From: an uncultured Methanoregulaceae archaeon
GTDB lineage: Archaea; Halobacteriota; Methanomicrobia; Methanomicrobiales; Methanospirillaceae
Length of the DNA stretch: 64,000 nucleotides
Assembly: GCA_963701095.1 (NCBI GenBank)
Contig: OY969564.1
Location: forward strand, 832,001 to 896,000
Direction of reading: 5' to 3'
Positions 17,202-28,760 of the stretch are shown here, in pieces (positions within the stretch are counted from its first letter, which is position 1; the number at the start of each line of letters is the position of its first letter). A model generated the notes under the pieces. It saw nothing but the letters and a program-made list of their open reading frames with translations, was not told where the DNA came from and did not search any database. A program made the position numbers and the translations under genes.

Positions 17202-17915
17202 TCAGAGCATCCGTTCCAGCATATGCATACTTGCGACCGCACCTGCGAAGTCTTCAACCTCAATTACCGGGGATCCGCCACTTTTTTTAACGGCACTCAT
17301 GACGGGTGAAAAATCGATAGTGCCCCTGCCAACAGCCCAGTGTGAATCGGCAGAGCTATCATTGTCATGCAGATGGTAGTGCCGGGCAGGGATGGAAAGA
17401 AATGATGCCAGGCAGTGATTCTGGTGCGCATGCCCTACATCGAGGGTAAAACCATAACCTTCGATCAAGTGGAGCTCATCTGGTGTTTTCAGGAAGAAAT
17501 ATTCCCAGTCCCCCATGTTCTCGACCGAAAACGATACACCGTATTCTTGTGCTGCGGCAGAAAGGTGCCTAAGCGATACCGCAAGCTGTTGTGCTGCCTG
17601 CGCTCGTTCCTCAGGCCACGCAAAGTACCCGGGGTGTACGACAACTTCCGCCCCTACTTCCGCTGCGATGGCAAAACATTCCTCCATCACCACAACACTT
17701 CCCCGCCGGATAGGTTCGAGCAGGCTTGCAAGATTCGTCCCCCGGCAGGGAGCATGGATGGAGAAGGTACAGGAGTAGGATAACAGCGGTTCAGCACTGC
17801 TAAGGAAATGGAGACCTTCATCCATCACTTCGATTGATCCTGTTACGTTGGAGATCCTTTCCAATGCTACCGGAAGGGGTTCGTGGTGGAGGCAGAGCGT
17901 GGAGATGCCAATCAT
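17202..17915 (-). CDS. Sugar phosphate isomerase/epimerase (AP endonuclease 2 TIM barrel)
   Basis: HAP, VVHPG, VENM, LDVGHA, HLHDN, VIE metal-binding motifs. Confidence 0.85.
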   Translation of the reverse strand: MIGISTLCLHHEPLPVALERISNVTGSIEVMDEGLHFLSSAEPLLSYSCTFSIHAPCRGTNLASLLEPIRRGSVVVMEECFAIAAEVGAEVVVHPGYFAWPEERAQAAQQLAVSLRHLSAAAQEYGVSFSVENMGDWEYFFLKTPDELHLIEGYGFTLDVGHAHQNHCLASFLSIPARHYHLHDNDSSADSHWAVGRGTIDFSPVMSAVKKSGGSPVIEVEDFAGAVASMHMLERML

Positions 17916-18050
17916 TCAAGGAGCATGTACGGTCAGATCCCCATAAACATGCTGATCCAATTTGGGGAGTGACGAGCGTTGCGAATCCACGTGAAGTCAT
18001 TCCGTTTTTTAGTACCGGGCCATCTCCTGAGGAAAAAAGAGATTATTGTT

Positions 18051-19072
18051 TCATATGTACATCAACTGCGGGAACGGGATTTCGATTCCTTCACGTGAGA
18101 ACCGGTGTGCAACCCTGACGTTGATGGCATCCTTGACCTCGTCCGGGAGGTTATAGGCTTTTGCCCAGACATAGATCACAAATTTCAGGCTTGAATCCCC
18201 GAACTCCTGGAAAAAAATCCTCGGTCCCGGTTCATCAGCAAAATAATCGGTATTTTTAATCGCATCTTCGACAATCTCGAAAAGCACTTCCTTGACGCGG
18301 GAGACATCGTTCCCGTAAGCGACAGTTACCGGGATCGTATACCGGACTTGGGGATTGGGTTCTGAGTAATTGACAACACTACTTGACGTAATCTTGTTGT
18401 TAGGGATCGTGACAATCTTACCGTCAACGGTCCGGACCGGGTGCTCCGCGTACCGATCGCAACCACGTCACCGCAGAAGGCATCTATCTCGATACGGTCA
18501 CCTGTTTTGAAAGGTTTATCGACCGTGATAATCGCGCCGCCAAAAAAGTTGGAGATCAGATCCTGTGCAGCAAGGGCAAAGGCCAGACCAGCGATACCGG
18601 CACCGGCAAGGAAAGGGGTAATATTGATCTCGAGGTTGACAAAGACCAGCATGATCCCGGCAAACCAGACCACGTACCGCACGGCAAGTTCAAGGAGATC
18701 AACAATCCGGTCATCCGCGTCCCCCTCAGTCATTGCGGCAAGCTGGCGGCCGTAGATCCGGATGATATCATGAAGAAAAGAGGAGGCGATCCAGGTCCCC
18801 AGCAGAATAAGGATCGAATTGAGCACCTTATCGGAGATAATCCAGGCATATTGCTCCGGAACGATGTTAAAATCCTTAAGGGCGATATAGACCGAGATAG
18901 CAACGATCCCGATCTGAACCGGCGTGCCAATAGCGGCAACGATGATATCATCCCATTTTGTGTTGGTCGTTTCGGCATATTTCCGGAGCCACCGCACGAT
19001 CATCCGTGCAATGCCAGCTACGGCAAGACCGGGAAGAAGGCTCAGGGCCGCGAAGAGGACGTTATCATCCAT
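18051..19072 (-). CDS. mscS: Small-conductance mechanosensitive channel; apparent frameshift near 18440
   Basis: GAGIAGLAFALAAQDLISNFFGG..DKPFKTGDRI; C-part FGDSSLKF..GIEIPFPQ. Confidence 0.9.
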
Positions 19073-19115
19073 ACGTAAACTTATGTTGCAGGGTTCTAAA
19101 TAAGTATAAGATAGT

Positions 19116-20143
19116 ATGGCGACGGGAAACGATATTGCAGCAGCGCTCCGCGGGCTTGTGGACCGGGATATGACTTTTATGCACATCTGCGGTACGCATG
19201 AAGCTGCGATTGCCCGTACGGGTTTACGCAGTATCCTGCCCGCCGGGTTAAAGATCGTTATGGGCCCCGGATGCCCTGTATGCATCACGCCCCAGGGGGA
19301 GATCGACGCTGCGCTCGATCTTGTGGAAAAGGACTGTATTATCGCGACCTACGGCGACCTGCTCAGGGTACCCGGCTCCAAGGGATCTCTTGAATCCTGC
19401 GGCGGGGATGTGCGGATTGTGCAGGGAATTCATAAAGCGGTCGAAATTGCCGGAAAGACCGATAAAGAAGTCGTTTTTATCTCGGTTGGTTTTGAAACAA
19501 CTGCACCTACCGTCGCTGCATCTATTCTGACAAGGCCACCGGAAAATTTCTCCATCCTTTCCTGTCACCGTGTCGTTCCCCCGGCGATGAAATGGCTGCT
19601 TGAACAGGGAGAGGCTAAACTTGACGGTTTTGTTCTTCCCGGTCACGTCTGCACGGTCATGGGGTACGAAGAATACGAACAGTTCCCGGTCCCCCAGGTC
19701 GTTGCCGGTTTCGAAGCCGAAGACATCCTGCTTGGTCTTGTCATGCTCGTCGAGCAGATCCGCGAAGGGACGCACCGGGTCGACAACGCATACCCGCGTG
19801 CAGTCACCAGGGAAGGAAACATAAAAGCAAAGAAGATCATGTATGACGTCTTCGAACCTTCCGATGTCGAATGGCGGGGGTTCCCGGTCATCCCGCACTC
19901 CGGGCTCAGGCTCAAAAAAGAGTTCGAAAAGTACGATGCCCAGAAGAAGTTTGATATCGTATACAGGAAAGTGAGCAAGCACTCCGCTTGCATCTGCGAC
20001 CGAGTACTGCGTGGTATCGCCGAACCAACAGACTGCAAACTTTTCGGAAAAGTCTGCACACCCCGGACCCGGTCGGGCCGTGTATGGTAAGCCACGAGGG
20101 CGCCTGCAAAATCTGGCATCTCTACCATGTAAAAAAGCAGTAA
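19116..20143 (+). CDS. hypD: Hydrogenase maturation protein HypD; apparent frameshift near 20070
   Basis: MHICGTHE, GPGCPVC, GFETT, PGHV; ends GPCMVSHEGAC in the shifted frame. Confidence 0.95.
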
Positions 20144-20273
20144 GAAATTGGCTCTGTAGAAATCCTCACGGACCTTTTTTTACTCTCGATAATATCCCCA
20201 TAGTTCCTTTTTCTCATATGAAAGAAGTCTTAAAAAACGATTGGGGGTTGCCCGGTCTTTCAAGGGTTCCGCA

Positions 20274-23200
20274 TCAATCGTAGTCCCGGAACAACGACGG
20301 GTTCTGGCGCTGGATCCACCAGCGGCGGATGTACCAGCCGGATCCGATAAGCGTTATACCACTTCCTCCTACCAATACAACGAACATATACGGGAAACCT
20401 CCAGATGGGGTAGGTGCTCGGTACGCAGCCACGGTCTGCTGGGCCAATTCGGACCCTGTGACACTAGGTGGTATTTCCTGTTGTTGCTGCTGGACGGCCG
20501 GTGGGGAGGGAGGTTGCTCGGCCGGGCCGGTATAACCCTGTCCATTCGTACCGGATCCGGACCAATAGTCGGATCCCGACCGACTACCGTATGATGACGA
20601 CCCACTTCCTCCAGGACTGCCTGACGAGCTTGATGAGACTGCCACTAAGGCGAACGTCGAAAGACCGGTGGGCGAGACTGCGGTAAAGACATCGTTACCG
20701 CTTGAATCCGTACCAACAAACGTGGTTGTCAGTAACGTAGTCGTGCCGGTATCGGTCTGGTGCATAATCAGGATATGGGACGTTCCACCGTTAACCGCCA
20801 CCCATGCAGGGCTTGCTGCCATCGTGATGGTCGCACTTAAGATGATCCCGCCATTTGCTGAGTTATCAATACCGGTCTTGGAAAACGAAATTGTGTATGC
20901 CAGAGCGTCGATCTTGTCTCCGGCACTTGATGCTGCAAGAGTAAACGAACTCTGGGCAGAGGGTGATGGACTGGATGATATCGTGCTTGTAATAGATGCA
21001 TCTGATCCCGGTACCTGGGTCATATCAAGACTTACGGAGACGTTAGGGTTACCTAAACTCGATATCGGAACGATCTCCGGCTGGATCGAGGCCTGAACAC
21101 TACTAACGGTTCCGGTATAATTCCCGGCATTCTGTTGAGGCGGCCTGGTGAAGGTCACGGAAAGGTTGCTCCAGCTGCTGCCCGGGTTGTTAACCGTAAC
21201 TGTGTTCCCGGAGGCCGGGTTGCCCATAGTGCTGATATTCACCTGCTGCGTGGTACCTGCAGAAGTAATATTTACACCAGTAAACGAGCAGCTGTTGGTA
21301 ATAATGACCGGTGCAGAGACATTGATATACCCGGTTTTGGATGTAATGTTGCTGCCACCGCTGTTGGATGCGGTGAGGTTGACGGTATAAGTTCCTGCAA
21401 ATGAATAGGTATACGACGGGTTCTTGCTGGTCGAGGTATTACCATCCCCAAACGCCCATAACCAGCCGGTCGGTAAACCGGTTGACGTATCCGCGAACTG
21501 GACAGTTACCGGTGCTATCCCGGTCAAAGGTGTAGCCGTAAAAAATGCAACGGGTGCGGTCCCGCTAATTACCGCCGGCGAGACGATGATCGGGGTCAGG
21601 TTGGTAAAAGTATTGCTGCCTGACTCATTGCTGACGGTCAGAGATACGGAGTATGTGCCTATAGAATACAAGACGTTCGGATTCGATGAAACAGTGGTAT
21701 TATACCAGACGCCGTCACCAACACTCCAGTTCCACATTGTCCCTTTGTAGACTAACGAATGGTCTGTGAACTGGACAAGAACCGGGGAACTACCGGACGA
21801 AGGAGTGAACGTAAAAGCAGCTGTTGGCGGATGGGATATACTATACGTGAAAAGGTCGGCAGATGAGGTCAGGCTCGTACCTCCAGCTGTAGTAACGGTA
21901 ATATCAACCGTTCCGCTTGTGTTTGCAGGAGAGATCGCGTCTATCGACGTATCTGAATTCACCACAAATGACACGGCAGGAACTGTACCGAATTCTACGG
22001 CTGTTGCACCGGTAAACCCGTTACCGGTTAATACAACCGGGGTACCACCTGCAGTGATACCGTTTGTCGGGTTGATACTGCTGACTACAGGTACAGATGC
22101 ATACGTAAACGTCCCTGTTGTCGAGTCTGGCATATTGCCTTCCACATATACCGAAACCGGACCTGCAATGGTGCTTGAGGGTGATTCAATCTTAACCATC
22201 GTGTCTGAGAGATAGATCGGAGGCGAAACAAAAGTATTACCAAAAAAGACCCCCATTGCCTTCGTGAACCCGCTTCCTGTTATGGTCACAAGAGTATTCC
22301 CATTCAAAGAACCGCTTGCAGGAGATATGCTCGTAATAATTGGCTGGTAATGAATGGTAATCGTGTTCGTATTTCCATAGATCGTTTTCACAGCAACGTC
22401 TAAAGTGGTGTAACTGGAACTTGACGGAGCGGCAGCTGCAATCGTGGAGTCGTTAACGATGGTAAATCCGGTTGTCGGTATACCGCCAAACATGACCGCT
22501 GACGCCCCGGTAAAACCGCCACCGGTGATAGATACCGTACCTCCCGAGAGAGGCAGTGCGGTAGGATTCACGCTGGTTATCACCGGGACATAGGTAAACG
22601 TTTCCGGCTGGCTGGTACCTCCCGGTGTTGTTACCACGATATTTACATTTCCAGCGCCAGTCGTACTGGGCGGAAGGGTAACCGAAATATCCGAATCGGA
22701 CACTACTGTAAAACCGGGTGCCGGGTTATTCCCAAACGATACGTTGGTCGTCCCGGATAACCCGGTGCCGTAAATATCCATAGGAGACAGGCTACCTCCA
22801 GGTACATACCCGCTGGACATACTCAGGCCGGTAATATGGGGGACTGGTGGAAGGGAATAGGTATAGGTTACCGTATCACTAAAACCGCTACCCTGACCAC
22901 CTTTCACAGCGACATTTACCGGACCGGTCCCGGATGAACTGGTCGGTGTGGTCACCGTGATCTCCGTATCTGACACCACATTGAAATTGGACCCCCAATT
23001 CGAGCCAAAAAGGACACCTGTTGCCCCGGTAAATCCAACACCCGTGACCATTATTGGTGTACCCCCGGTGGATTGGCCGCTGGTCTGATCCAGCGAGGTT
23101 ATCACCGGGTCATAGACAAAGGTCAGCGGGTTGAGCGACCCTGACGTATCTGATACATGCATGGTAACCGCACGAGCACCAGTAACCGGAGGTGATAGTG

Positions 23201-24110
23201 CAGTTACTTCTCCATCATTGACTACCTGAAAACTTTGGGCAGGGGTACTACCAAAAGTAACGCTATTTACGTCGCTCATGGCGTCGCTGCAGGCATCGCT
23301 TAATGATAGCGTCGTTCCTCCGGTTACGGGTCCGGAGAACGGAGTCATAGAACTGTCCTGGCCGTAAAGAATATCCTGGCCCGATCCCAAACATCTCTCT
23401 GACACTACATTTAACGCGTAATGATAGGTGGCCGGGGGGCTGGTTCCCTGTGGGCTTGTTACTACCAGGTTTACATCGCCTTCACCCGTTGTGCTTGGAG
23501 GGGCTGTAGCAATTATCTCGGTATCAGAGACAACGGTATAACCAAGCGCCGGGTTATTCCCGAAAAGGACGCTGGTTGCACCGGCAAACCCGCAACCGTT
23601 GATGGTTGTCGGGTTTCCGCCATAAAGATACCCGCCGTTTGTTTCGGTTTCATAAATAGTGGTGATGTCTACCGGCAGATAGGTGAAATTGCCAACATTA
23701 TACGGCGGGACTTTTACTTCTACCGTTCCTGCACCAGTCGCGCTTGCCGGTGCAGTAGTGGTAATCTTTGTTCCGTCAGGTGAGATGGTAAAAGAAGAGA
23801 CGGCAGTACTACCGAAAAGTACCTGGGTTGCACTGCTGAAACTACCTCCGCTGCAGGTAATGGTGACCGGTGTTCCTCCGGTTTTTGGTCCTTGTGTTTG
23901 GGTCATCGAAAAGGTAACAGGGGCAAGGGTATAGACAACAATTGTTGGCTGGATCGTTACAATACTGATTGTCGGCTGAACTGTTTCCACTCCGACTGTT
24001 GTACTAACTGTGACGACATCTTGGGCACCTACCGGTACTGTAAACATCAGCGCAATAATCAACAATAATCCAAGAACCAGATCATACCGTTTTGAACCCG
24101 TCAGCCTCAT
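20274..24110 (-). CDS. Large cell-surface glycoprotein with IPT/TIG repeats, PKD domains and PGF-pre-PGF-like domain
   Basis: Signal peptide, repeated P.SG...GGT.VTITG.GF units, PKD WAFGDG, SPTGLSTFAL and a C-terminal TM. Confidence 0.9.
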   Translation of the reverse strand: MRLTGSKRYDLVLGLLLIIALMFTVPVGAQDVVTVSTTVGVETVQPTISIVTIQPTIVVYTLAPVTFSMTQTQGPKTGGTPVTITCSGGSFSSATQVLFGSTAVSSFTISPDGTKITTTAPASATGAGTVEVKVPPYNVGNFTYLPVDITTIYETETNGGYLYGGNPTTINGCGFAGATSVLFGNNPALGYTVVSDTEIIATAPPSTTGEGDVNLVVTSPQGTSPPATYHYALNVVSERCLGSGQDILYGQDSSMTPFSGPVTGGTTLSLSDACSDAMSDVNSVTFGSTPAQSFQVVNDGEVTALSPPVTGARAVTMHVSDTSGSLNPLTFVYDPVITSLDQTSGQSTGGTPIMVTGVGFTGATGVLFGSNWGSNFNVVSDTEITVTTPTSSSGTGPVNVAVKGGQGSGFSDTVTYTYSLPPVPHITGLSMSSGYVPGGSLSPMDIYGTGLSGTTNVSFGNNPAPGFTVVSDSDISVTLPPSTTGAGNVNIVVTTPGGTSQPETFTYVPVITSVNPTALPLSGGTVSITGGGFTGASAVMFGGIPTTGFTIVNDSTIAAAAPSSSSYTTLDVAVKTIYGNTNTITIHYQPIITSISPASGSLNGNTLVTITGSGFTKAMGVFFGNTFVSPPIYLSDTMVKIESPSSTIAGPVSVYVEGNMPDSTTGTFTYASVPVVSSINPTNGITAGGTPVVLTGNGFTGATAVEFGTVPAVSFVVNSDTSIDAISPANTSGTVDITVTTAGGTSLTSSADLFTYSISHPPTAAFTFTPSSGSSPVLVQFTDHSLVYKGTMWNWSVGDGVWYNTTVSSNPNVLYSIGTYSVSLTVSNESGSNTFTNLTPIIVSPAVISGTAPVAFFTATPLTGIAPVTVQFADTSTGLPTGWLWAFGDGNTSTSKNPSYTYSFAGTYTVNLTASNSGGSNITSKTGYINVSAPVIITNSCSFTGVNITSAGTTQQVNISTMGNPASGNTVTVNNPGSSWSNLSVTFTRPPQQNAGNYTGTVSSVQASIQPEIVPISSLGNPNVSVSLDMTQVPGSDASITSTISSSPSPSAQSSFTLAASSAGDKIDALAYTISFSKTGIDNSANGGIILSATITMAASPAWVAVNGGTSHILIMHQTDTGTTTLLTTTFVGTDSSGNDVFTAVSPTGLSTFALVAVSSSSSGSPGGSGSSSYGSRSGSDYWSGSGTNGQGYTGPAEQPPSPPAVQQQQQEIPPSVTGSELAQQTVAAYRAPTPSGGFPYMFVVLVGGSGITLIGSGWYIRRWWIQRQNPSLFRDYD

Positions 24111-24842
24111 CCCGTCTGCTCCCTAACAACTACCCGGGGTGACATATGATTCCTGTGGATGCGGTCCCATCCAAGACGCCTGCACACCCCGATTGCTAGA
24201 TCTCTGGGGCAATGGGTGATAAATTTTGGGAAATATATTTGTCAATTTGATAGATACCGTGAAAACCTGAACTAAACAGGAGTGATGCCGGCGATCCAGA
24301 GAGCCAGGGTACAGCTTCTTTACATTAGTATGCTGATAACTGGCGAGGAGGTAAATAATGTCAGCAAACCGGTATGTCAGGTATGTTGATGTATCTCCCG
24401 GATTGATCCGCGATTCCGAATTTTTCTCTTCTCGTGAAATTCTTAAAAAAAAGACCTGTGCCCAGCACCAGGTAATAAATCTTCTTCTCTAGAAAGAATG
24501 CCTGTCTGAGAAGACTGTAAATCCCCTCGTCCTTCCATTTATCGCATTCTTTTCCTCTGGATGGAACCAAACTCGTGGGGAGAGAGAAGAAAGTGGGTTA
24601 AAAATAACAAAAATTAATCTGCATCTCTATTATATTCTTAATTTCAGTTGCTGGTGCGTAAATCATGCTCAAAAAACGGTAATAAGCGGCAACCAAACCT
24701 TTCTCATGCCGCGTCGACAAAAGTTTATCTGCGTATAACACGCTGTTAATATGGAACGGCTTGCCGTTCTTGGTAGATGATTTCCACATAAGCTTTCATC
24801 AAACCTGAACAATAAAAGCACTTTGAACATTATATACCGCAT

Positions 24843-24913
24843 GCCTCGGTAGGGTAGTGGACATCCTAGAAGCCTCCGGAGCTTTTGACCGGGTTCGAAT
24901 CCCGGCCGAGGCG
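24843..24913 (+). tRNA. tRNA-Arg(CCG)
   Basis: Acceptor GCCTCGG/CCGAGGC, anticodon arm GAAGC-CTCCGGA-GCTTT, T-arm CCGGG-TTCGAAT-CCCGG. TTATATA upstream and a T-run downstream. Confidence 0.9.
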
Positions 24914-25017
24914 CTTTTCTTTTCAATCAGGGCCGGTTCATGAGAACAGTACCATACAGAAGTACTTAAACCCGTATAGCATTGTTAATATGACAGTTTT
25001 ACTGTTTTGTGAAAACC

Positions 25018-25194
25018 ATGTATGGATCATCTAATTTTGGCGGTCGCGGTCCCAGAGACTCCGGCCCACGTGAAATGACAAAAGTAACTTGTTCCGACTG
25101 CGGAAAAGAATGCGAAGTACCCTTTAAGCCAACCGAAGGCAGACCCGTGTATTGCCAGGATTGCCTGCCAAAACACCGGAAGCCCCGGTTCTAA
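25018..25194 (+). CDS. CxxC-x17-CxxC zinc-finger protein
   Basis: CSDCGKECEVPFKPTEGRPVYCQDC. Confidence 0.9.
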   Translation: MYGSSNFGGRGPRDSGPREMTKVTCSDCGKECEVPFKPTEGRPVYCQDCLPKHRKPRF

Positions 25195-25353
25195 ATACTT
25201 TAATCATTTGTTCTCTTTTTTCGTTGACATTGCCGAAAAGATATCGTCAAATATCCAGATTGACCGTTTTAATAGTCTTTACGAAACAGCGTCACATCCC
25301 GTAAGGGTAATGCATCTCTTTATCGTGATACACCCCAATATAGCACCATCCCT

Positions 25354-25542
25354 ATGTTACATACTGAAAAAAAGATAAAATTAATCCGTGATAAGTTAAG
25401 CAGGATTGGCATCAGAGAAAAAGACCTCGATGACGAAACCATCCTTACGTCTTACAGTATTAACAGTTGCGGCAACCTGTGTTCGATCAAAGCGAGGGTA
25501 GGCGAACCATCAGGCGCTGATGCTGACACTTCTTTGCTGTGA
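25354..25542 (+). CDS. Hypothetical small protein
   Basis: 62-aa ORF in an intergenic gap. Confidence 0.4.
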   Translation: MLHTEKKIKLIRDKLSRIGIREKDLDDETILTSYSINSCGNLCSIKARVGEPSGADADTSLL

Positions 25543-25574
25543 GTATTCATCCTGCGGTTAAAATCGCAGGTATT

Positions 25575-27266
25575 CTACCTGTTTTTTTCATAAAAAACCG
25601 GGACGTCCCTGAACGCAATCCCGTCAAAAAGCCCGCGATCGGTAACCCGCAGTGCCGGGATCACCGTCAGGGCGATGAATGAGAGATACATAAACGGCTG
25701 GGCAATGCTACCCATCTCTGCAGTGACTTTGCCAAGTGCATCCAGTTTTGCTGTTACCTCATGTGCAGGGAGCGAAGACATAAGCCCGGCACAATCAAGA
25801 GTGAGCACGGTAAATTCGTTCCCGTTCACGGCAGCCATGCCCCCACCGGTCCTTATGATCGTGTCTATAGCTGAGAGAATTTCCTTATCGCTTGTTCCGG
25901 TCGCAACGATATTGTGCGCATCATGGGAGACACTTGCGGCGATCGCCCCGGTCTTAAACCCAAAACCGTGCACAATCCCGGTACCAACACCGCCACGCCC
26001 ATACCGGTTGCAGACTACCACTTTAAGGAGATCCCGTGGTATATCGGGAATGGTGTCAGGACTTATATCATAGGTGAGCGATTCGGTGAGGATCTGGCCG
26101 GGAACAAGCCCGATTACCCGTGCCGGTCCTTCGCCAGATAACCTGATCTGTTCCGGGGAAGGCGTCGTGCACCTGATTGAAGCCGAAAGGGAAGCGGCTG
26201 ACGGTGCGGATGTATATGATGATACCGGTTCTCCCAGGAAAAAGGTCTCTTTTACCCGGAACGTGCGAGGATTGTCGACAATACAAAAGTCAGCCCGCCG
26301 GCCCGGGGAGAGTGCGCCCCGGTCAGAAAGCCTGAACCGTTCCGCAGCTGACAGTGTTGCCATCCGGATCGCACATTCAGGCTCAAGCCCGCATCTCACT
26401 GCTTTCCTGATGCACCGGTCAATGTGACCTTCCCGGGAAAGCAGATCGGCGTGACAGTCATCGGTGGAAAAGCTGCACCGGGACACGTTGTACGGGGTTA
26501 TTATGGGAATAAGGGCCTCGATATTTTTCTCGGTCGACCCCTCCCGGACAAAAATATACATCCCGCGCCGGAGTTTTTCCTCTGCCTCGTTCTGCGTGAT
26601 ACATTCATGGTCGCTATCGGGGCCGGCCAGGATATAGGCATTTAAGTCCATGCCGGTAAGAAGCGGCGCATGACCGTCGCACATATCAGTTAGGGAAAGT
26701 TTTTCCATGACTTCCTTATCGCTTTCCAGCACGCCCGGCATATTCATCATCTCACCAAGACCGATAATCCCAGCCCTTCCTACGAACCCGGAAAGCATTC
26801 CAGATTCAAGCCTCGCCCCGCCGATATCGAGAGGTGTTGCCGGTACGCAGGAGGGTAGCATATACAGGATATCTACCGGTGCACCGGCTCGTTCAGCCAG
26901 CATGTATTCGATACCTTCTGACCCGGCAACGTTTGCAATCTCATGAGGATCGGCGATCACCGTTGTCGTTCCGCAGGAGGCAACCAGCCGGGCATATTCA
27001 TGGGGAACCAGAAGCGAACTTTCGATATGGACGTGGGCATCGATGAGACCCGGCACAACATATGCCCCGCAAAGATCGCGTTCACGGATCCCCCGGTAGG
27101 AACGACCAATCCCTACAATAATTCCGGATTTTACTGCCAGGTCGTTGTGTTCCCAGGTGCATGAAAAAGCATCGAAAATTTCGGCGTTCCGGTAAACCAT
27201 ATCAGCCGGCTCAATACCACGTGATGCCGGAATGAGGTTTTGCAGAGATTGTGGCATCCGGGTCAT
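25575..27266 (-). CDS. ade: Adenine deaminase
   Basis: PGLIDAHVHIESS, DPHEIANV, DGHAP, SHDAHNI. Confidence 0.95.
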   Translation of the reverse strand: MTRMPQSLQNLIPASRGIEPADMVYRNAEIFDAFSCTWEHNDLAVKSGIIVGIGRSYRGIRERDLCGAYVVPGLIDAHVHIESSLLVPHEYARLVASCGTTTVIADPHEIANVAGSEGIEYMLAERAGAPVDILYMLPSCVPATPLDIGGARLESGMLSGFVGRAGIIGLGEMMNMPGVLESDKEVMEKLSLTDMCDGHAPLLTGMDLNAYILAGPDSDHECITQNEAEEKLRRGMYIFVREGSTEKNIEALIPIITPYNVSRCSFSTDDCHADLLSREGHIDRCIRKAVRCGLEPECAIRMATLSAAERFRLSDRGALSPGRRADFCIVDNPRTFRVKETFFLGEPVSSYTSAPSAASLSASIRCTTPSPEQIRLSGEGPARVIGLVPGQILTESLTYDISPDTIPDIPRDLLKVVVCNRYGRGGVGTGIVHGFGFKTGAIAASVSHDAHNIVATGTSDKEILSAIDTIIRTGGGMAAVNGNEFTVLTLDCAGLMSSLPAHEVTAKLDALGKVTAEMGSIAQPFMYLSFIALTVIPALRVTDRGLFDGIAFRDVPVFYEKNR

Positions 27267-27613
27267 ACCGTAATATCCCGGATAACAGCGGTTTCGCGTT
27301 CACCGTTTTGAAAGATATACACGTACATTTTATATCTGCCCGGATCGAGATGCATCGGAATACTAACGTTAGTATCGGCACCGGTTAGGTTAGCAGTAAT
27401 TCCTGTTGTCAAAAGATCCTGCTGTGCAAATTGATCAAGCGTAAAGACCCGTACCTGGACATAAATCGTCTGGGGGGTCCCGGGACCAGCAACTGCAACG
27501 GTCAGGTTGTCGTTCCCGTACGAAATGGTTCCTACTGAAACGGAAGTGCAACCGGCAGTCACAATAAAAAGGATCAGTACGAAACCAATGAGAAGGCCCC
27601 AGTGTCCCGTCAT
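27263..27613 (-). CDS. Hypothetical lipoprotein
   Basis: Signal ending TAGC; Ig-like PGRYKMYVY. Confidence 0.7.
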   Translation of the reverse strand: MTGHWGLLIGFVLILFIVTAGCTSVSVGTISYGNDNLTVAVAGPGTPQTIYVQVRVFTLDQFAQQDLLTTGITANLTGADTNVSIPMHLDPGRYKMYVYIFQNGERETAVIRDITV

Positions 27614-27864
27614 AGTTCTTTTGTCGGACTATATCCATAAAAACCTATACCTGAACGAGCGGATCATGTCAGATTGCTAATGAGTTATTGAATATTCATA
27701 TAAATATTATAAATTTTAGATTTTATGAACTGTTAAAAATTATCACAAAAACCAAAAATCGACATAATATTGCTGAAAAAATAAGAAAATCAATTGTCAA
27801 TCAATACTTTTGAAAAGGAAAGATTATTTAAGTAGACATTTATAAAAATTCATCAGGTGATATC

Positions 27865-28760
27865 ATAACAACTATCGCGTTCTGCCACCATAAAGGCGGA
27901 ACAGGGAAAACCACATCCTGCCTGAATATCGCCGGATTCTGTTCTCGCGCAGGAAAAAAAGTACTTGTGGTTGACTGCGATCCCCAGGCCAATGCAACAA
28001 CAGGACTTGGGATCAGCCCGGAATCGGCCCGGAAAAACATATATGACGTCTTTATGAGCCGGATTGAAGGGTTCACCCCGGTAAAAATGACCGATATCAT
28101 CTGCTCGACCGAATCCGGCATCGATCTTGCACCCGCAAACCTGGATGTTGTGGGTGCAGAACCGTACCTCTATGGAATTGAATCACGTGCAGAGGTCCTC
28201 AGGGATGCACTCATACCTGTTATAAAGAGTTATGACCTGATCCTTATCGATACACCTCCCAGTATGGGACAATTTGTGATAAACGGTCTCGTAGCCGCAG
28301 ATCATATTATTGTCACCCTCGATTCAGGATCATTCGCGTTCAACGGGGTAGGTTCGCTGTTTACCATTTTTGAGGATATTAAAGAAGATCTGGGGAAAAC
28401 CATCAGCGTCGATATGGCCATCATTTCCCGGTGGGGCGAAGCTGGAGAAATATGTAACCCCGTACAAAAAGAGGGAGAAAAAATACCCTGATCAGTTTAC
28501 TCAGGTCACTCTTTACCCCAAGGCACGAACCTACTGAAGAGGAAATGATCGCCCAGAAGGAACGCGAAAAAGAACATGAACGACTTGCCGGAATGCTTGC
28601 AGAAATCGGGAAAAAATTCCCCGATGTGCATACCGTGCCTTATTCCCCGGAGATTTACGAAGCCCAGAAACGCGGCATGCCAATCTCGCATGTTGCACCG
28701 GAAAGTTCCGCCGGCCACGCTTACAAGGTTATTGCAGATGAGGTTATGAAATGGACGTAA
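27865..28760 (+). CDS. ParA/MinD family ATPase; start uncertain, apparent frameshift near 28480
   Basis: HKGGTGKTT upstream of the called ORF in the same frame, DCDPQAN, DTPP, and C-terminal [12 protein letters not shown] in the second ORF. Confidence 0.85.
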
